Assembly: GCA_963819255.1 (NCBI GenBank)
Contig: CAWFVS010000038.1
Location: forward strand, 108,986 to 172,985
Reading direction: 5' to 3'
Origin: an uncultured Alphaproteobacteria bacterium
GTDB lineage: Bacteria > Pseudomonadota > Alphaproteobacteria > Rhizobiales > Beijerinckiaceae
DNA length: 64,000 nt
Position 1 is the stretch's first letter, and the number at the start of each line of letters is the position of its first letter. Under the pieces are notes generated by a model that saw nothing but the letters and a program-made list of their open reading frames with translations, was not told where the DNA came from and did not search any database. Positions 1 to 9,488 of the stretch are shown here, piece by piece. Both the position numbers and the translations under genes were made by a program.

Positions 1-217
1 TACTTTCGTTCGTCTCTCTGATCCCTACCTGCCCGAGGTACGGCCTCGGCGCTTTGACCCCAATGCTCACCACCACGGCTCTTTACCGCAGCAGCTTGGA
101 GTGGTTTGAAGCCCGCTCCTGAAAGCCAACTCCGAAGGACCTTCCTTCATCTCTCACGCAGCTTGTGCACGATCAGTCAGTTCATAGGAACCTCCCTTTC
201 GTGCGCCTGCGGCGCAC
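1..217 (-). mobile_element. Group II intron, 5' end (domain I); the rest, including any RT ORF, lies outside the window
   Basis: The minus strand from 217 reads GTGCGCCGCAGGCGCACGAAAGGG..., i.e. the canonical GUGYG start followed by sequence resembling bacterial group II intron domain I. No ORF is present. Confidence 0.8.
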
Positions 218-370
218 TTTCGACCATCCAATGACTGCGGATCATCGGGCTAGGGTTTTCTGGCCACGAGGGTCCGCAGTCAGATCAGGGTCTTAGCGGA
301 AAACCCGCGAGAGGCCCCCGCAATCGTATCCGCAGCGCGTCCGAAAATTGAGCCGTGAGGGAGAAGTGTC

Positions 371-865
371 GTGAAACGGGGACCAATGAGAGTTTCAGAG
401 CGAGAAGCCATTGCGTTTCACGAAGCTGGCCACATCGTTGCAGCTTGGCTTCAGGGTGTCAGGATTAAGCGGGCCACTGTGGTTCCAGCAGAAGGCTACC
501 TCGGGAGGGTCGAACATATAAGTCCGCTTCGGGGGATAAATATTGAGTATGATAGTTCGGACCGCGCGCGAGTGCGCGCCGAACGTTACATTGTCATCGC
601 CTTAGCCGGACCTTCCGCTCAGAGGCGCTTCAACCCTCGGTCGGCTTGGATCGATAACGCTAAGTCTGACAATGACTTTGCAATGGATTTGGTCAGTCGT
701 CTAGACGGCACCGACAAGACAGTGGACGCCCATTTCAAATGGCTGAGTTTGTCAACAGACGATCTGAATAAGTCAAATTGGTCAGACGTGAAAAGAATAG
801 CCGCTGCGCTCCTTGAGCACAGTAGACTGTCCCGCGATGCAATTTCGGAGTTGCTGCTAAAATGA
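371..865 (+). CDS. Stand-alone peptidase M41 (FtsH protease)-like zinc metalloprotease domain protein
   Basis: AIAFHEAGH (HEXXH), downstream IALAGPSAQ and AKSDND resembling FtsH LAGRAAE/GASND. No AAA or TM domain. Confidence 0.65.
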   Translation: MKRGPMRVSEREAIAFHEAGHIVAAWLQGVRIKRATVVPAEGYLGRVEHISPLRGINIEYDSSDRARVRAERYIVIALAGPSAQRRFNPRSAWIDNAKSDNDFAMDLVSRLDGTDKTVDAHFKWLSLSTDDLNKSNWSDVKRIAAALLEHSRLSRDAISELLLK

Positions 866-880
866 GCCGGGGACCGGGCT

Positions 881-1105
881 ATGTGCAAGATCGCATCATC
901 GCCGCGCTCGAGAAGGAAGCCGCTGCGCAAATTCACCACCCGTGATCTCGCCGAGAAGGTGTGGCCCCACGAAGAGATTACCCGCAGCCACATGGAGAGC
1001 GTCTACCGCGCGCTGTCGACGCTCCACGGGGTGCGCATGACCAGCTGGCGCAAGGGCCAGTCAGGCAAGTCGGGATGGACGCTTCGGCTGCGGATCGAGC
1101 CCTAA
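881..1105 (+). CDS. Small basic hypothetical protein (possible wHTH fragment)
   Basis: 74-aa ORF directly after the peptidase; TTRDLAEKVW...ESVYRALSTL pattern. Confidence 0.3.
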   Translation: MCKIASSPRSRRKPLRKFTTRDLAEKVWPHEEITRSHMESVYRALSTLHGVRMTSWRKGQSGKSGWTLRLRIEP

Positions 1106-1249
1106 GCGTTAGATCAAAGCCACTTGATTGGAGAAGGTCAGATGAAACGGGGACAGATTGTTGCCGCAGTGTGCGCGCTCATGAGCGCGAGCCCCGCTTG
1201 GTCAGGAGGACCGCGTGAGCGCTTTTCTCTGGGTAAGGAGATCATCTAA

Positions 1250-1615
1250 ATGAAAACCATTATGGGGCTCATTGCGGCGTATACCTTGCCAGCCAAAATT
1301 ACCGGCCGCGCCTATTTGCTTGAACGGTGCAAACGACACAATCTCGCGATGCCACTCGACATAGTCGACGAGATTGTGGCGCAATGCGAGGCGGACGCGA
1401 AGAAGAAGGCTGATGTGGCCAAGATGTGGAACGACCACGATCTTTCAAACTGGAGGGTGAATTTTGAGGAAGAGTTGCACTTGGTCTTAGGGTCGATACG
1501 CGGAGGAAAGGCGGTGATGACCGATCAAATTACTGGAAAGGTACTTGGTTATCCCCAATCTGTCTATGACCTATTGGCGAGCCGAGGGTTGGTTGCGCCA
1601 GTCGTTCAAAACTGA
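1250..1615 (+). CDS. Hypothetical protein
   Basis: 121-aa ORF with AAGGAG RBS; lower GC than the core genes. Confidence 0.6.
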   Translation: MKTIMGLIAAYTLPAKITGRAYLLERCKRHNLAMPLDIVDEIVAQCEADAKKKADVAKMWNDHDLSNWRVNFEEELHLVLGSIRGGKAVMTDQITGKVLGYPQSVYDLLASRGLVAPVVQN

Positions 1616-1767
1616 TACAGCGAAGATTGGTACAATAAATGTAGCTACCTGCACAAAGGTCGCACGGACCAAATTCTAAACCACTTTCAGCGCCGCGTTA
1701 TCGCCGCCCTTCAGGCGCAGCCGTCGCGCAGCTTCATCGGGACCGGCTTCGACTAGAGGATGTTGGG

Positions 1768-2220
1768 ATGGATGATTTGAAGGCCAAGGAAGAGCGTCTC
1801 GTTTTCGCCGAGTTTGTGCGCGTGGCAAGGACGGACATCGACCCTGCGACGATCGAAAGCCGTACGCCCCGGGAGCCTGACATTCGGTGCGCGACGTGGG
1901 ATGGCCAGCCTCTCGCGTTCGAACTCGCCGAGATATGTTCCGAGGAGCTGGCGCGGGATCTGACCGAAGTGAGACGTGATCCTGACCGTATACCGGAGCA
2001 GAGGTGGCCTCCCGATCCAACCGAAGCGGTCTATCGAAAGAAGATTGCTAAAGCCTATTCTGCGCCGAACACTGACTTGCTACTGTACACGGACGGACGG
2101 GCAGTGACTCCGGACGACGTTATCGAGGCTGCTCTGCCAAACCTCATCAAGACGATCGGTAAAGGGCCTTTCATCCGCATCTATTTCATGGGAAAGGCGC
2201 GGTGGCGCGAAATAGTATAG
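1768..2220 (+). CDS. Hypothetical protein, possible PD-(D/E)XK nuclease fold
   Basis: 150-aa ORF with GAGG RBS; EPDIRC...AFELAEI resembles a divergent PD...ExK motif. Confidence 0.55.
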   Translation: MDDLKAKEERLVFAEFVRVARTDIDPATIESRTPREPDIRCATWDGQPLAFELAEICSEELARDLTEVRRDPDRIPEQRWPPDPTEAVYRKKIAKAYSAPNTDLLLYTDGRAVTPDDVIEAALPNLIKTIGKGPFIRIYFMGKARWREIV

Positions 2221-2240
2221 CAATTTGAGCGGTCGGGCGG

Positions 2241-2690
2241 CTAGCCGTGGCGGAGGGCGGCGCGCTGCAGGTGCGCGTTGGCTTCGGCGAGCAGCTGCCC
2301 ATGCGACTTGCGGAAGCTGTCGGGCTTGCTCGCGTCTAGGGCCTTGCCCACGGCCCCGGCGATCTTGGTGGCCGCCTCCCGGTCGGCGTCGCCGTTCATG
2401 GTGATGTTGACCGTTGGGGCGTGCACGAGGCTACTGGCGAAGCTGGCGCTTGACGGCCCGGTGGCGAACCGCGGGGCCTTGCCCGCGTTGATCGCTTCGA
2501 GCAGCGCCCGGTTTCTGCCCGTGGCGTCGGCGTTGACGATGAATTCGCCATCGGAGGCCATGATCAGGTTTGAGTCGGACGTCCCGCTGCCGTCGCCGGT
2601 GATCAGGCCGCCTTCGGCGAAGCCGGAGAAGCCGCTGCCGACGCCACCCAGGTCTCCGACGCCGCCTAGCAGCCCGTTGGGCGAAACGGC
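2241..2690 (-). pseudogene. Phage tail tape-measure protein, C-terminal remnant
   Basis: GFAEGGLITGDGSGTSDSNLIMASDGEFIVNADAT...LLEAINAG is the typical tape-measure C-terminal motif. The N-terminus is absent. Confidence 0.7.
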
Positions 2691-2769
2691 CTCGGCCGAC
2701 AGCCGTTCGGGAAGCGACACTGCCGTGCCGGTCGACAGGGCGGAAGACGGGGCCGGCTTCGATCCCGAG

Positions 2770-2880
2770 ATCGGGATACGGCCGCCCCAGCCCTCGAAGT
2801 GACTGAGGCCAGATTGATAGGCCCGGCGTGTTGGCCGCGATGCTGTTCTCAACCAGGTCAGCGATCCGCTCAAGAATGCG
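2770..2880 (-). pseudogene. Tyrosine recombinase/integrase N-terminal remnant
   Basis: With one frameshift reads LERIADLVENSIAANT-RRAYQSGLSHFEGWGGRIP, like Cre-type integrase N-termini (NTRRAY..DL.HFEAWGG). Confidence 0.5.
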
Positions 2881-3148
2881 CGACGATCCATCAGGGCAGG
2901 AACCCCCGGCTTCTTGTCACCGTAATTTGCGGGCGACCCCAGGACGGGCGTTTCGATCGCCGGCGGCCGGAATAGCCACCAGTTCGGTGGAGCAGGGCGC
3001 GGCGAGATCCGAGCGCTCAGGAGGCGTTAACCAGTCCGGGGGACAATCCCCGGGGACAAACCCCCGGCCGAGCGCGCCAGGCCGTGGTGGCGGCGGCTGG
3101 CGGGCTGGTATTTTTTAACTTCGACGTCTCGAAAGGGGACCCACCGCC

Positions 3149-3409
3149 ATGACGATAAACGCAACCGATGTTCCGACCGCAGACGTTAGAAGGGGTCCAA
3201 TTAGTTGGAACTACTTTTACATAGCGTTGGGGTTCGCGCTCGCAATCTCAGGTACGATCATCCAAATGGTGGATATTGTTCACTTTCCCTGCAATGTCTT
3301 GCTGTATGTGGTGACTGCGGCAAGTTTGTTTTGGCTGTTCCTCTTCAATGGCAGGTTCCAGAACAAATTGATCGAGCTGAAAAGCCGCTACGAGAACCGG
3401 CCTCGATGA
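3149..3409 (+). CDS. Small membrane protein (2 TM)
   Basis: 86-aa ORF with two hydrophobic helices and an RBS. Confidence 0.55.
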   Translation: MTINATDVPTADVRRGPISWNYFYIALGFALAISGTIIQMVDIVHFPCNVLLYVVTAASLFWLFLFNGRFQNKLIELKSRYENRPR

Positions 3410-4039
3410 GCGGCGGCACTGACAAACACACGAACCATGCGCGGTTAACCGTGTGGACCCTGTGATTGCAGTGACGCGACGGAGCGACCGTCGCCAGTCA
3501 AAGCAGGGCGGGCTGAAGGAGGATGGAGTCGGTGGGATTATTTCAGCAGATGAGGGAAGCCCCCGAGCGGGTCAGGCATTACGGGGACACATGCATATTT
3601 CCCCTTTGTCAGACCCGCAACGCTAAGGTCCAGGCGCCCGCGCCGCCGCGCCCGGCGGCGATCGGTCATTGATTGCTTGGAGGCGATTATGCGCGAGGGG
3701 AATTTGAACTCAAGGACGACCCCGCAGGGGTCGCCGCCGGAGGCGGTGCGCTCCGCGCATCCTTAACTTCAAATTTCCCTTGCGCTCCGCTCCGCCAAGC
3801 AAACAATGATCCCATCCGCACTCGTCCCGCGTTCGGCTGGGAAAATCCGTGGCGATGCGCTGCGTCACATGATGCGGCAGATCGGGACGACGAACCGGCC
3901 GATGCGCGCCACAGAGGCTGAGGCTCCTTAAAGAAGCGATCGCCGCCACGGCGATCGCTCGCAACGGGGAAAATGCGAGTGTCACCGTAATAAGATCGTC
4001 AAGTCGCTGGCTTAGCCGAACGGCGCCTCGTCCGGATGG

Positions 4040-4258
4040 TCATGTCTTCACCCTCTCGCAGACGATCTTGAGCCATTCGCCGTTACGAAGGCTGCGGCCG
4101 ATCGATGTCCCGGCGAGCGCGGCTTGCGCGTAAAAGCCGCACATCACCTCGTTTTTCGCCGGCTCCGCGGCGACGACGTCCACCGCCGTCTGGCGCGTGC
4201 ATTCATACGGAGATTGGCCGGCGAGGCAGACCAGGACGTAGGGGATGAACTTATCCAT
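4040..4258 (-). CDS. Small Cys-containing hypothetical protein
   Basis: MDKFIPYVLVC...EC...MC...IVCER with host-like codon usage and an AAGGA RBS. Confidence 0.6.
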   Translation of the reverse strand: MDKFIPYVLVCLAGQSPYECTRQTAVDVVAAEPAKNEVMCGFYAQAALAGTSIGRSLRNGEWLKIVCERVKT

Positions 4259-4572
4259 CAGTGCGCGTTCCTTCACTTGCGGGCCCGTCGCCGGGCGCGG
4301 CGTCGACGGCGAAGGCTACGCCGGCCGGTCGAACGTCCGCTCTATGGCAATTGGTGTAAACGTAAAATCACATGGCCGCCAATAGTCAAATTTGGGGAGT
4401 TCACAGCGAAAACAAACTGGAGCTCCGGCGACAGTGCACTTTTGCCCGCAATTCACGCGCGCGGAGGCCAGGCGCTCTTATCTGTTCGGCTCGCATGCGC
4501 GGGATGAGGCGGGCCCAATTCCGATATCGACGTCTTCAAAGTGAAGGACAGATCGCGCCCGTTCGGCTTGAC

Positions 4573-4653
4573 GAGCACGGGCTCCTCATCATCGCCGAAG
4601 CCGCAAAACACTTGCCGCGGTCCATGAAAGACGCGCGGCCGGAGGTTCGGTGG
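4573..4653 (+). pseudogene. HepT/DUF86 (HEPN) toxin fragment
   Basis: EHGLLIIAEAAKHLPRSMKDARPEVRW matches the DUF86 core (ER.LEIISEA.K.LP...HPEIPW). No RX4H motif or start is present. Confidence 0.5.
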
Positions 4654-4697
4654 CTACGGACTTCACAATCATCGGGCCTGCGGAAGACCGGCGGGCG

Positions 4698-4868
4698 CCC
4701 TCTCCGCGAAGCGGGGAAGGTGTCGCCGAAGGGCGGGGGTCTGGAAAGCAGGTATGGATCGATGCAGTTTTGCCGTGACAGTCGTGCAATCCGACTTGCA
4801 TCGAAGCAGCGGGCCACACCCCATCCGGCGCTTCGCGCCATCTTCCCCAGCAAGCTGGGAGGGGATGC
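4698..4868. repeat. REP/REPIN-like palindromic repeat, copy 1
   Basis: ccgcgaagcggggaagg ... cacaccccatccggcgcttcgcgccatcttcccc; homologous to 8175-8360 and 16960/18281-18432. Confidence 0.8.
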
Positions 4869-4957
4869 GCACCCGCGACTTGAGATGTGTGAATGCCGTA
4901 GCGGAGGGAGAAAGGGAAGCCGTCGCCCGCCTTCCGCTAGCCCCGTACCCTATGCGC

Positions 4958-5761
4958 TCATCCGAAGCGCTGCCGCATGCCCGCAGCGAACATCGCGGTG
5001 GGCATATGATGATAGACGAAGTTCAGAAGATGCGCGTCGCGGCCCACGCGCATGCGAAGCTTCGGGCGGGCGCTGGTCAGCGCGCGCTCGACGACCTCGG
5101 CGACCCGAAGGGGATCGACGCCTGCCTGGACCCCGCGGTCGAAGCTGCCCCCGACGCGCTCACGCCTTTCCGCGTAGGCGCCAATGCTCGCGGCTGTCCG
5201 CGTGAGATTGCCCCGAATCCGGGTGCGCACGAAACCCGGCTCGATCAGGACCGTATGGATGCCGAAGGGACGGACCTCGAAATCCAGGCTCTCGCAATAG
5301 CCTTCGAGCGCGTGCTTGGAGGCGCTGTAGAAGGCGTCGAACGGGGTGGGCAGGAAGCCGGATATCGACCCGATCGTGACGAGGCGGCCGGCCTTTCGCT
5401 CGCGCATCTCGGGGAGAACGGCGCGGACCAGCCTGTGGACGCCGAAGAAGTTGGTTTGAAACAAATCGAGCGCTTCCTGCGCGGTCGTCTCCTCGACGGC
5501 GCCCAGCATGTCCACGCCTGCGTTGTTCACCACCGCGTCGATCCGGCCTGCGCGAGCCAGGACTTCCGCCACCGCCGCCCCGACGCTCTGATCGCTGGCG
5601 ACGTCCAGATTCAATGCGTCCGGCCCGTGCCTGTCGGGGTCGGGCCGGCGCATGGTCCCGAACACGCGCCACCCCGAGCTGTGAAGATGCGCCGCGATCG
5701 CCTGGCCGATGCCGCTGGACGCGCCGGTCACGATGACCGTCTTCTGGCCTGACAGGGTCAT
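4958..5761 (-). CDS. SDR family oxidoreductase
   Basis: TGASSGIG, NNAG and YSASK motifs. Confidence 0.95.
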   Translation of the reverse strand: MTLSGQKTVIVTGASSGIGQAIAAHLHSSGWRVFGTMRRPDPDRHGPDALNLDVASDQSVGAAVAEVLARAGRIDAVVNNAGVDMLGAVEETTAQEALDLFQTNFFGVHRLVRAVLPEMRERKAGRLVTIGSISGFLPTPFDAFYSASKHALEGYCESLDFEVRPFGIHTVLIEPGFVRTRIRGNLTRTAASIGAYAERRERVGGSFDRGVQAGVDPLRVAEVVERALTSARPKLRMRVGRDAHLLNFVYHHMPTAMFAAGMRQRFG

Positions 5762-5848
5762 GGCGTCCTCCTCTACGAACCATAGTTACCGGGAATGGCC
5801 AGCGGGCGGTCCGGCAGCCGTGAAGGCCAACGACCAGATCACCCTGCG

Positions 5849-6307
5849 TCAGTCTTCCCCGACCGCCATGCCCTTCTCGGCCAGTTCTTTCTTGGCGCGC
5901 TCGTTCTTGGCGAGGTGGGCGAGACCCATACCGCGCAGCACGTTGGGCGCCTTGGTGAACTGGATGTTGTCGTAGCCGACGATCTCGACGCGGTTGCCCC
6001 AGGGATCGCGAAAATCAAGAAAGGGTCCGTCGATCAGGGCGACTCCCGCGGCGTCGAGCGCCCTGCGGGCCGCCTCCTTGTCATCGACCACGAGGCCGAA
6101 ATGGCGGCCCTCGTCCGCCGCCTGCCTGCGGCCCTTCTGCAGGGCGATGAACTGGTCGCCGAGATCGATGAAGGCCATGGCGTCGGTCTTGCCGCGCAGT
6201 TCGAAGGCGAAGAGACGGCCGTAGAACGCCAGCGCTTCTTCGATGTCCCCGACCTCCAATGCGATATGGTTGAAGCCGACGGCGCGCGGCCTTGCGGATT
6301 CAGTCAT
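5849..6307 (-). CDS. VOC/glyoxalase family protein
   Basis: NHIALEV, HFGLVV and DPWGNRVEIV motifs. Confidence 0.9.
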   Translation of the reverse strand: MTESARPRAVGFNHIALEVGDIEEALAFYGRLFAFELRGKTDAMAFIDLGDQFIALQKGRRQAADEGRHFGLVVDDKEAARRALDAAGVALIDGPFLDFRDPWGNRVEIVGYDNIQFTKAPNVLRGMGLAHLAKNERAKKELAEKGMAVGED

Positions 6308-6421
6308 TGGATCCTCCTCATGCGAGGATCAGGTGGGGTGAGCCAGCCCAGGACGCAACCGCGACATCTCAGGGCATCGCGAACCCATGCGCTGCTCATA
6401 ACAACGTGAAGAAGAGCTCTC

Positions 6422-6572
6422 TTACGCGGCAGCCAGCGATTTTCGCTTTTCGGCGAGGATCGCCTTCAAAGGCGTTTTCTGATCGGACAAAGCGTCCGGA
6501 TCCGGCGCGAAGACCCGCTTCGCCTGCGCCGACAACCACGATTCCCGGCTCGGAACTGACGACGGCGCCCAT
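6422..6572 (-). pseudogene. mocF: MocF-like ferredoxin reductase with a large internal deletion
   Basis: N-terminus MGAVVSSEPGIVVVGAGEAGLRA (GxGxxG) is joined out of frame to a reductase-like C-terminus PDPDALSDQKTPLKAILAEKRKSLAAA*, immediately after mocE. Confidence 0.65.
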
Positions 6573-6575
6573 GGC

Positions 6576-6889
6576 TCAGGCGATCTCGATCAGCACGCGC
6601 CCGTCTTCGATCCCGCGGGGTAGGTCCGAAGATTGACGCAAGGCGGAAGACGCTTCGCTGCGCCGGTGCGATAATCGAAGGCGCCCGAGTGCTTGGGGCA
6701 CTCGATTTCGTAATCCATGACGAACCCGTCCGCGAGATGGACGGACTCGTGGGTGCAGAGACCGTCGGTGCAGTAGAACGCGCCGTCGGGCGACCGGTAC
6801 ACCGCAAAGGTGCGGTCGCCGTTGTCGAAGCGGATGACGCCCTCGAGCTCGACGTCGTCGGCGCCGCAGGCTTCGACCCAGTTGGACAT
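6576..6889 (-). CDS. mocE: MocE-family Rieske [2Fe-2S] ferredoxin (frameshift near 3' end)
   Basis: CTHE...CPKH Rieske motifs; the C-terminus IEDGRVLIEIA* is in an alternate frame. Confidence 0.85.
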
Positions 6890-6902
6890 TGCCGTCCCTC
6901 CT

Positions 6903-7917
6903 TCAGCCGGCGGCGTTGACCGCGTTGAGACGCGCCTTGCGCTTCTCGTAGCGGGCGTTCATCCGCGCTTCGCCCTCGGGCGAGCCGTCGTGCCAGGTGC
7001 CGAACAGCTTGTCCAAGGGCACCAGCCCGTCGCCGTAGTTCACCTCGAAATATTTGTGGGTGGAGGTAGTGCGCATAAGCGTGCGTGTCGAACCCGGCTT
7101 CCTTGCCCGTCTCGATCGTGTCGAAGCCGATGTGGCCGACCACGGCGCCGAATCCCGCATAGTGCAGCTGGTAGATCGCGAGAACGGGGTTCGAAGGGAC
7201 GATCACGTGGATCAGCGAGGACGAGAAATAGAGGAGCTGCTCGACCGGGTGCATGGACAAGGACGACCACGGCAACGGGTTGACCGAGTTGTGATGGACC
7301 CTGTGCACCCATCGGTAAAGCGGACCCCAGTGGATGAGGCGGTGGATGCAGAAGAAGTGAAACTCGTGGAAGATGGGAACGACCAGCGCCAGGCAGCCGA
7401 GATAAAGCGGATGTTGGGTGAAGGAGAGCAAGGGCGCATAGCCGTTGGCGTAGGCGATGAGGATGCCGACCTCGTAGGCGGTCCAGATCGGCACGCCGGT
7501 TCCGAACCCGCGGATGAGGCCCTCGTTGTTCTGGCTGCCGAACAGGAAGGCGCTGTTCTTCCGGTCGTTCGGGAACTTTGCGTTGTATTTGAAGCGCGTG
7601 CCTTGCGCGCGAGACATGTAGAGCCGGTACTCGAACGCGCTGTAGAACAGAAACACCGCGACGCAGTTGACCACGAACAGCCTGAGGGTCCAGCCCCAGG
7701 CCAGAGTCTTCATCACTGCGACGTCCGGCAGCACGAAATAGGCATAGGCTGCCGCGGAGGCCGCAAAGAGCAGGTTCCACGGCAAAAAATAGTGCGGAAG
7801 CCATTTCAGGAACGCAAGCGGCCGGGGCGGAAGCACGAAGAGGGGCGCAATGTCGAGATAGGCGCTCGGCGACCAATCCCCGCGCTTGTTCCGTTTGCCG
7901 TATTCGAGGTCATCCAT
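6903..7917 (-). CDS. Sterol desaturase/fatty acid hydroxylase family protein (frameshift ~7055)
   Basis: His boxes HRLIH, HRVHH and HYLH-HKYFEVNYG split over two frames. Confidence 0.9.
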
Positions 7918-8174
7918 GAATGGTTCCTCCAGTCGATCTCGACAGACGCGCCGCTCCGAAAGGCGGACTGTTCAGCCCAGGCTTGGCGTCTCGTTCAGGC
8001 CCGAAAGGTAGAGCAGGAATTTGCGGCGCGCTTGGACATTGTTGATCAAAGAACATCAAAGCGGGCGAGCCGGCTCTTGCTGGCCCGGGACTCCTTCTTG
8101 CTGGCCTGGCCCGGCGCGGCCGGGCGGGCGCGATTGGTTCAGAACCGCGCCGCCTTCCCGACGTTGCGTGCGCG

Positions 8175-8359
8175 CCTCCTTCCCCACGGAGTGGGGAAGG
8201 AGGCGGGCGAAGCCCGACGGATGGGGTGCGGAAAGCAGAACTGCAACGATGAAGTCTCGCTGCGACCGTCGCGCAAGCCTGCAAGCGCCGAAGCAGCGGC
8301 CCACACCCCATCCGACCGGCTCCGCCGGCCACCTTCCCCACTTCGTGAAGAAGGGAGGC
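8175..8359. repeat. REP/REPIN-like palindromic repeat, copy 2
   Basis: ccttccccacggagtggggaagg ... cacaccccatccg...ggccaccttcccc; the spacer is homologous to the other copies. Confidence 0.8.
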
Positions 8360-9371
8360 CTAGATGTTTTCCGAGGTGATCGTATAGAAGCGGATGGGCT
8401 CGGTGCTCACCGGCGCCCTGATGAAACCGAGCCTGTGCAGAAGAAAGTCCAGAGCCCGTCGCGCCTGAGCCTCGGGCGCCTGGTCGAATACGACATCCAT
8501 CAGCCCGGACCGCAGCCAGCCGCGGGTTTCCTCGGTGAGTTCGTGTCCCACCCACATGATCGATTTGTCCGGCGCCTTCCGCTCCAGGACGGAAGCGAAC
8601 TCCGGCGTTCGCTCCGCCGGCGTTGTAGACGCCGATGACGCTAGAATCCTCGGTCAGCGCGTCGTGAAGGATTTCCGCCGAACGGAGATCCTGATCGAGT
8701 CCGAACAGCACCCGGGAGAACAAATGATTGGGACGGCCGTGCGCGGCGAGATAGTCGGAAAAGCCTCTTATCCGCTCTCGGTGGACCTCGTACGCGCCGC
8801 TGTGGCAGAGCGCGAGGAAACGGCCCTCTCTTGAGCTCAGCATCCGGGTCATGAACTGCCCCGCGGTGCGACCGGCCGCGTAATTGTCGATGCCGACGAA
8901 AAGATCGTCCTCTTCGCCGATCCGCGACACGATCTGAACGACGACCTGGCCCGCTTCCCTCGCTTCCCTCAGCCTCGCGCGCACTTCCGGATGGTCCGGC
9001 GCCACGATGATCAGGCCCATTCTCCGGAAGCCGGGATTGGCGATGCGCCGGGCGACGCTCATCGGGTCGTCCTCCTCGGCGAAGGTTCGATGAACCTGGA
9101 TGCAAGGGTCGAAAGATTTGGAGATGCGCCGGAAGGCGTTGGCGAGGCAACTGAAGAAGGGCGTGTCCTGCCGGACCATCATCACCTCGATGCGCAGCAC
9201 CCCGCGATAGCGCTCGGGCAGCGGCGGCTTGTAGCCGAGTTTGCGGGCGGCCTGGATGACCTTATCGACCGTCGGCGGCGAGACGTTGCCTCGCGCGTTG
9301 AGGACGCGCTCGACCGTCGCTGTGCCGACGCGAGCCTCCCTGGCGATGTCAGCGAGCCTGATTTTCTTCAT
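8360..9371 (-). CDS. LacI family transcriptional regulator (frameshift ~8600)
   Basis: LADIAREARVGTATVERVLN HTH; sugar-binding domain; C-terminus in ORF 8360-8557. Confidence 0.9.
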
Positions 9372-9488
9372 CGGCTGACTGGGATTTACGCTCAGAAGTC
9401 TTCGTCAGTCTAAGACTGGTGAAGACTGGTCACAATGCAGAGGGGCGGCACGGCCTCGCACAGCCTCCGGCGCGCCTCTCCGTGATCC

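Noticed and set aside
371-3409. Integron cassette array
   Set aside because: The ORFs are small and mostly co-oriented, but no attC (RYYYAAC...GTTRRRY) pairs or intI were found.
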